From NCBI GenBank assembly GCA_018675975.1, contig JABGXB010000003.1, positions 377,669 through 397,668 on the forward strand: 20,000 nt of DNA, in the 5' to 3' direction. Source of the DNA: Candidatus Woesearchaeota archaeon (GTDB taxonomy: Archaea > Nanobdellota > Nanobdellia > Woesearchaeales > JABGXB01). The notes beneath the pieces are model-generated. The model ran no database searches. It saw nothing but the letters and a program-made list of their open reading frames with translations, and was not told the origin of the DNA. A program made the translations under genes and the position numbers. Each line of letters opens with the position of its first letter. Position 1 is the first letter of the stretch. Of the stretch, positions 15,269 through 20,000 are shown in pieces.

Positions 15269-16474
15269 ATGACTTGGAGTGTAAAATATAAATTAAAAGA
15301 AATTGAAGATATAGTTGGACAAGATTTAATTGTAGAAAAATTAAAAGATTATATAAAAAATTTCTCAGTTCATAAAGGAAAAGCAATTTTATTATATGGA
15401 CCAACAGGTAGTGGAAAAACTTCCATTGTACACGCACTTGCAAATCATTTTAATAATGAATTATTTGAAATTAATAGTAGTGATATTAGAAATAAAGAAA
15501 AAATAGAAGAATTAGTTGGAGCTGCAGCAACACAAATGAGTTTATTTGGTACAAAAAAAATTATTCTTTTAGATGAAGTTGATAACTTAAGTGGAACAAA
15601 AGATAGAGGCGGAGCAATTGCAATTGCAAAAATCATACCTAAAAGTGTATTTCCAATAATAATGACTGCAAATGATGCCTATGCATCAAAATTAAAGGAA
15701 GTTAGAAAAAAATCTTTAGTTTTAGAATTAGAAGAAATAAATTATAATATAATAAAAAATATATTTAAAAAAATATTAGAAAAAGAAAAAATTGAATATG
15801 AAGAAACTGCTATATCACAATTAGCAAGAAGTTCATCAGGCGATATAAGAAGTGCAATTAATGATCTTGAATCTATAGCAATTATGCATAAAAAAATAAC
15901 TCAAAAAACAATATATTCAATATTTGAAAGAGAAAGAAAAAAAAGTATAGAAAATGCATTAATGAAAGTTTTTAAAACAACAGATATTAACATATCACTT
16001 AATTCCTTTAATAATATTGACGAAAATCTTGATGAAACCATATTGTGGTTAGAATATAATTTGCCAAAAGAATATGAAAAAATAGGTGATCTATACAGAG
16101 CATATGAATCTCTGTCTAAATCAGATCTATTCAATAGTCGAATAAGAAGAAGACAAAATTGGAGATATTTAGTATATGTCAATTTTTATCAAACAGTTGG
16201 AATAAGTCTTTCAAAAAAAGAAAAATACAAAAAAGTAAATGAATATAAAAGAACAACAAGATTATTAAAAATGTGGCAAGCAAATATAAGTAATGCAAAA
16301 AGAAAAGCATTTTCATCTAGAATGAAAACTTATTTTCATGTATCAAGTAAAAAATTTAATTTTGAGTATACCCCATATTTTAAATATTTATATAATAAAG
16401 ATGAAATATTTTGTCAACGATCAAATGAATTCTATGAAATAAATGAAGATGAAATTAAATTTTTAAAAAAATGA
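15269..16474 (+). CDS. rfcL: Replication factor C large subunit
   Basis: W..KY N-terminus, Walker A GPTGSGKT, EINSSDIR, Walker B LLDEVD, GDIRSAINDL, and large-subunit C-terminal WLEYNLP...RRQNWRYL. Confidence 0.93.
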   Translation: MTWSVKYKLKEIEDIVGQDLIVEKLKDYIKNFSVHKGKAILLYGPTGSGKTSIVHALANHFNNELFEINSSDIRNKEKIEELVGAAATQMSLFGTKKIILLDEVDNLSGTKDRGGAIAIAKIIPKSVFPIIMTANDAYASKLKEVRKKSLVLELEEINYNIIKNIFKKILEKEKIEYEETAISQLARSSSGDIRSAINDLESIAIMHKKITQKTIYSIFERERKKSIENALMKVFKTTDINISLNSFNNIDENLDETILWLEYNLPKEYEKIGDLYRAYESLSKSDLFNSRIRRRQNWRYLVYVNFYQTVGISLSKKEKYKKVNEYKRTTRLLKMWQANISNAKRKAFSSRMKTYFHVSSKKFNFEYTPYFKYLYNKDEIFCQRSNEFYEINEDEIKFLKK

Positions 16475-17061
16475 AGTACAATAATAATAATAAACTAAAA
16501 AAACATAAATTTAATATTAAAACTATAAATGAAGAAATAGAAGAATATGAAGAAAGTCATTATGAAAAATATAAACATATATATGGAATATCAATAACAA
16601 TTTTATTAATAATAATTATAATATTTTCATTTGTGCTAAGTCCAAATATATCTTTAAAATTTGCAAGTAATATATTAAGTGGAAATTTAAAAAATAATAC
16701 ATTTACAGTAAATAGTACATTAAAAATAATTTTAAGTGAAAATATAAAAAAAGAATTAATCCAAAGCTATAAACAAAATAAACCATATGAAATTAAATTA
16801 TGCTTAATAGGACAAATAATTAATGGTGATTATATAATAAATAAAATATTTCACCCTAAAATTATAGAACAATCTGTAGTACATGTAATCAGTCAAGGAT
16901 GTCCAGAAACTACATTAATTGACATACACTCCCATCCATTTGATAATTGTTTATTTAGTAATACTGATTTTAATACATATAAAAGAGCTAAAAAAACAAA
17001 TGAAAAACTTTTAATGGGTGTAATGTGTAGTGAAAATAAATTTTTGTTTGTTAATGAATAA
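16471..17061 (+). CDS. Membrane-anchored JAB/MPN+ (JAMM) domain protein
   Basis: One TM helix (IYGISITILLIIIIIFSFVL), Glu in YEIKLCL, and exact HSH-x7-S-x2-D (HSHPFDNCLFSNTD). ATGA overlap with rfcL. Confidence 0.75.
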   Translation: MKYNNNNKLKKHKFNIKTINEEIEEYEESHYEKYKHIYGISITILLIIIIIFSFVLSPNISLKFASNILSGNLKNNTFTVNSTLKIILSENIKKELIQSYKQNKPYEIKLCLIGQIINGDYIINKIFHPKIIEQSVVHVISQGCPETTLIDIHSHPFDNCLFSNTDFNTYKRAKKTNEKLLMGVMCSENKFLFVNE

Positions 17062-17134
17062 TATATAATCAAATAATATACAATAAAAGCATAATAATAA
17101 TTATTTTTATAAATAAACCTTTTATTTCAAATTT

Positions 17135-19585
17135 ATGAAAGAGTTTGCAAAAAAATACCAACCACATGAAATTGAAATAAAGTGGCAAAAATTCTGGCAA
17201 GATGAAAAAATATTTGAATTTGATATAAATAAAGAAGGAAAAATATACTCAGTTGATACACCACCACCTACAATGTCAGGTAAAATGCATATTGGACATT
17301 TTGGTTCATATGCACAACAAGATTTTATTGTAAGATATAAAAGACAAAAAGGATTTAATGTATTATTTCCATTTGGAACTGATGATAATGGACTCCCAAC
17401 TGAAAAATTAGTTGAAAAAGAAAAAAAAATAAGTTCAGCTCACATGCCAAGAGCAGATTTCATAAAAAAATGTAATGAATACATAAATGAAAATAGAAAT
17501 GAATTTACAAATGATTGGATTAATGCAGGAATATCTTGTGATTTTAATTCTTCATATTCAACAATAAGTCCTTATTGTCAAAAACAATCACAATTATCAT
17601 TTATTGAATTATATAATAAAAATTTAATATATCAAAAAGAAGCCCCAGCAGTATGGTGTCCAAAATGTACTACAGCAATTGCTCAGGCAGAAATGAATGA
17701 TATTCAAAAAGAATCAAAATTTAATAATATAATATTTAAAGTAGAAAATCAAGAAAATTTAATAATTGGAACAACCAGACCAGAATTACTTTTTGCATGC
17801 GTTACACTTTTTGTAAATCCAAAAGATAAAAGATATAAAAAATATATTGGCCTTGAAGCCGAAATTCCATTATTTAAAAGAAAAATAAAAATTATGGCAG
17901 ATGAATCTGCACAAATGGATAAAGGAACAGGAGTTTTAATGATCTGTACATTTGGAGATTATAGTGATGTTGAAGCAGTACAAAAACACAATTTAGAACC
18001 AATTGATGCAATAACAAAAGATGGAAAATTAACTGAAAATGCAAAAGAATTTGCAAACTTAAAAGTAAATGAAGGAAGAGAAAAAATATTAGAAAAATTA
18101 AAAAAAGAAAATTTATTAGTTGATCAAAAAAATATTATCCATAATACTAATGTACATGAAAGATGTGGAACTCCAATTGAATTTTATACACATAAACAAT
18201 GGTTCATTAGTGTTAAAAAAAATAAAAAAAAACTTATTGATGCTGGAGAAAAAATTAATTGGTACCCAGAATATATGAAAAAAAGATATAATTCATGGGT
18301 AAATGGCCTTCAATGGGATTGGTGCATATCAAGACAAAGACATTTTGGAGTTCCATTTCCAATATGGTATTCTAAAAAAACGGGCGAAATTATTTTACCT
18401 GATATTGATCAATTACCAGTAGATCCACAAAAAGATTTTCCAAATAAATTACCCAAAAATCATACAAAAAATGACATCGAATATGAAAAAGATGTATTTG
18501 ATACTTGGATGACTAGTTCTGTAACTCCATTAATAATTTCAAAATATAAAGAAGATAATAAATTTTTTAATTCAGTTTATGAAAATTCAATGCGACCACA
18601 AGCACATGATATAATACGAACCTGGGCATTTTATACAATAGTTAAAAGTTTATATCAAACAAATAAAATACCATGGAAAAACATAGTTATTAGTGGACAC
18701 GTTTTAGACTCGAAAGGAGAAAAAATGTCCAAATCTAAAGGTAATGTAATATTACCTCAAAATACAATAAGTAAATTTTCATCAGATTCTTTAAGATATT
18801 GGACTGCATCAGTTTCACTTGGAAATGATATCAGATATAGAGAAGAAGAAATTAAATTAGGAAGTAAAGTTGTAGTTAAATTATGGAATGCATCTAAATT
18901 TACACATATGATGTTAGAAGATTATAAAGATAAAACAACAGTATTAACATCAATAGATAAATGGTTAATTACAAAATTTAAAAAAACACTAAAAGAATAT
19001 GAAAAGGCTTTTGACAATTATGATTTTAATAAAGCAAAAATGATTATTGAAAAGTTTTTTATGGTATATTATTGTGACTATTATTTAGAAATTGTAAAAG
19101 AAAGATTATACAAACCAGAAATTCATGGACTTAAAAAAAAACAAGCAGCACAATTTACAATCTATAGAGTTCTTAATGGAATATTAAAATTATTTGCACC
19201 CTTCATCCCACACATAACTGAAGAAATATATTCATATTATTATAAAGAAATTGAAAATGAAAAATCCATACACATAAGCAAATGGCCAAAATTAAATGAA
19301 GGTTTTATCAATGAAGAAGATGAATTATCAGGAGATTTATTAATTGAAGCATTAAGTGGAGTAAGAAAATTTAAAACAGAAAACAAATTAAGTTTAAATA
19401 CACAAATTAAATCTATTATAATTAAATTTATTGATAAAAATAAACAAGAAAAATATAAAGAAAGTCTATTAAATGTAATTGAAGATTTAAAAATTGTAAG
19501 TAAAGCAGAAGAAGTAAAATTTAAAGGAAAAACTTCAATTCCCCTAAATAATTTTGGTATGGAAATTCATATTGAATTAAATTAA
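17135..19585 (+). CDS. valS: Valine--tRNA ligase (archaeal type)
   Basis: DTPPPTMSGKMHIGH, TTRPEL, DWCISRQR, DVFDTW and KMSKSKGN. Confidence 0.97.
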   Translation: MKEFAKKYQPHEIEIKWQKFWQDEKIFEFDINKEGKIYSVDTPPPTMSGKMHIGHFGSYAQQDFIVRYKRQKGFNVLFPFGTDDNGLPTEKLVEKEKKISSAHMPRADFIKKCNEYINENRNEFTNDWINAGISCDFNSSYSTISPYCQKQSQLSFIELYNKNLIYQKEAPAVWCPKCTTAIAQAEMNDIQKESKFNNIIFKVENQENLIIGTTRPELLFACVTLFVNPKDKRYKKYIGLEAEIPLFKRKIKIMADESAQMDKGTGVLMICTFGDYSDVEAVQKHNLEPIDAITKDGKLTENAKEFANLKVNEGREKILEKLKKENLLVDQKNIIHNTNVHERCGTPIEFYTHKQWFISVKKNKKKLIDAGEKINWYPEYMKKRYNSWVNGLQWDWCISRQRHFGVPFPIWYSKKTGEIILPDIDQLPVDPQKDFPNKLPKNHTKNDIEYEKDVFDTWMTSSVTPLIISKYKEDNKFFNSVYENSMRPQAHDIIRTWAFYTIVKSLYQTNKIPWKNIVISGHVLDSKGEKMSKSKGNVILPQNTISKFSSDSLRYWTASVSLGNDIRYREEEIKLGSKVVVKLWNASKFTHMMLEDYKDKTTVLTSIDKWLITKFKKTLKEYEKAFDNYDFNKAKMIIEKFFMVYYCDYYLEIVKERLYKPEIHGLKKKQAAQFTIYRVLNGILKLFAPFIPHITEEIYSYYYKEIENEKSIHISKWPKLNEGFINEEDELSGDLLIEALSGVRKFKTENKLSLNTQIKSIIIKFIDKNKQEKYKESLLNVIEDLKIVSKAEEVKFKGKTSIPLNNFGMEIHIELN

Positions 19586-19676
19586 GTCATTTATAAACTC
19601 TAAGTTAAAACAGATTCTCCAATATAGAAAATATTAAAAATTAAAGAAGTTAAAAGTTCATGAAAAGAGGAATAAG

Positions 19677-20000
19677 GTGGATTTTTTAAAAAAAATTGTT
19701 GGTATAATTAATTCAAATAAGGAATTTAAATTAAATGATGAACTTAGTGAATTAAAAAAAGAATCTAATGAATCACATAAAACTATTCAAGAATTAGATC
19801 AAAATAAAAAAGAATTAAAAAATAATGATGAAGAAAATAATATTAAAGATGAATATATAGAAGATATTTTTAAAAACGAATCAGAAAGTGAAAAAGAAAT
19901 AAGTGAGGAATTTGAAGAAATAAATAATATTGAAAATGAAGATATTCAAAATAAAAATAATGAAATAGAAGAAATGAATGAAAAAGAAATAAGTGAGGAA
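19677..20000 (+). CDS. Acidic low-complexity protein, N-terminal part; runs off the window
   Basis: GTG at 19677 preceded by GAGG (19667-19670); frame is open to the end (MDFLKKIVGIINSNKEFKLNDELSELKKE...EKEISEE). Absent from the ORF track because there is no stop. Confidence 0.7.
   Translation, partial: MDFLKKIVGIINSNKEFKLNDELSELKKESNESHKTIQELDQNKKELKNNDEENNIKDEYIEDIFKNESESEKEISEEFEEINNIENEDIQNKNNEIEEMNEKEISEE
19889..20000 (+). repeat. 22-bp direct repeat TGAAAAAGAAATAAGTGAGGAA (19889-19910 and 19979-20000), 90-bp period
   Basis: Two exact in-frame copies encoding EKEISEE. Confidence 0.75.

Noticed and set aside
14166..16182. ORFs 14166..14360, 15445..15636 and 15901..16182
   Set aside because: Nested in or antisense to glyS and rfcL.
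19660..19689. Short ATG ORF MKRGIRWIF
   Set aside because: Only 9 codons; the overlapping GTG-started frame with an SD is the better gene.
19889..20000. 22-bp repeat considered as the start of a CRISPR array
   Set aside because: In-frame coding repeat, non-palindromic, the 68-nt spacer is too long, and no cas genes are present.

Overview
Very AT-rich, densely coding chromosomal segment of an archaeon. Archaeal markers are RFC large subunit, archaeal/eukaryotic-type GlyRS, archaeal-type ValRS, TrmB, single-OB SSB, tRNA-Phe with G37 and no encoded CCA, TATA boxes and GGTG(A) ribosome-binding sites. Gene content and composition suggest a DPANN lineage such as Woesearchaeota (inference). Housekeeping genes flank a type IV pilus/archaellum-like assembly locus (VirB11/TadA/FlaI ATPase plus TadC/FlaJ-like platform), which has two divergent coiled-coil genes and two tandem paralogous membrane proteins beside it. 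The most unusual items are: a PocR-GAF-GGDEF diguanylate cyclase with archaeal expression signals about 3.7 kb from the pilus ATPase (possible archaeal c-di-GMP control of pili); a membrane-anchored JAMM/MPN+ metalloprotease coupled to rfcL; a stand-alone N-terminal half of a Hel308/Ski2 helicase; an Arr-like ADP-ribosyltransferase candidate beside tRNA-Phe; and a palindromic candidate operator in front of trmB. No CRISPR array, rRNA or mobile element was seen. All family calls come from motif recognition, not database searches.
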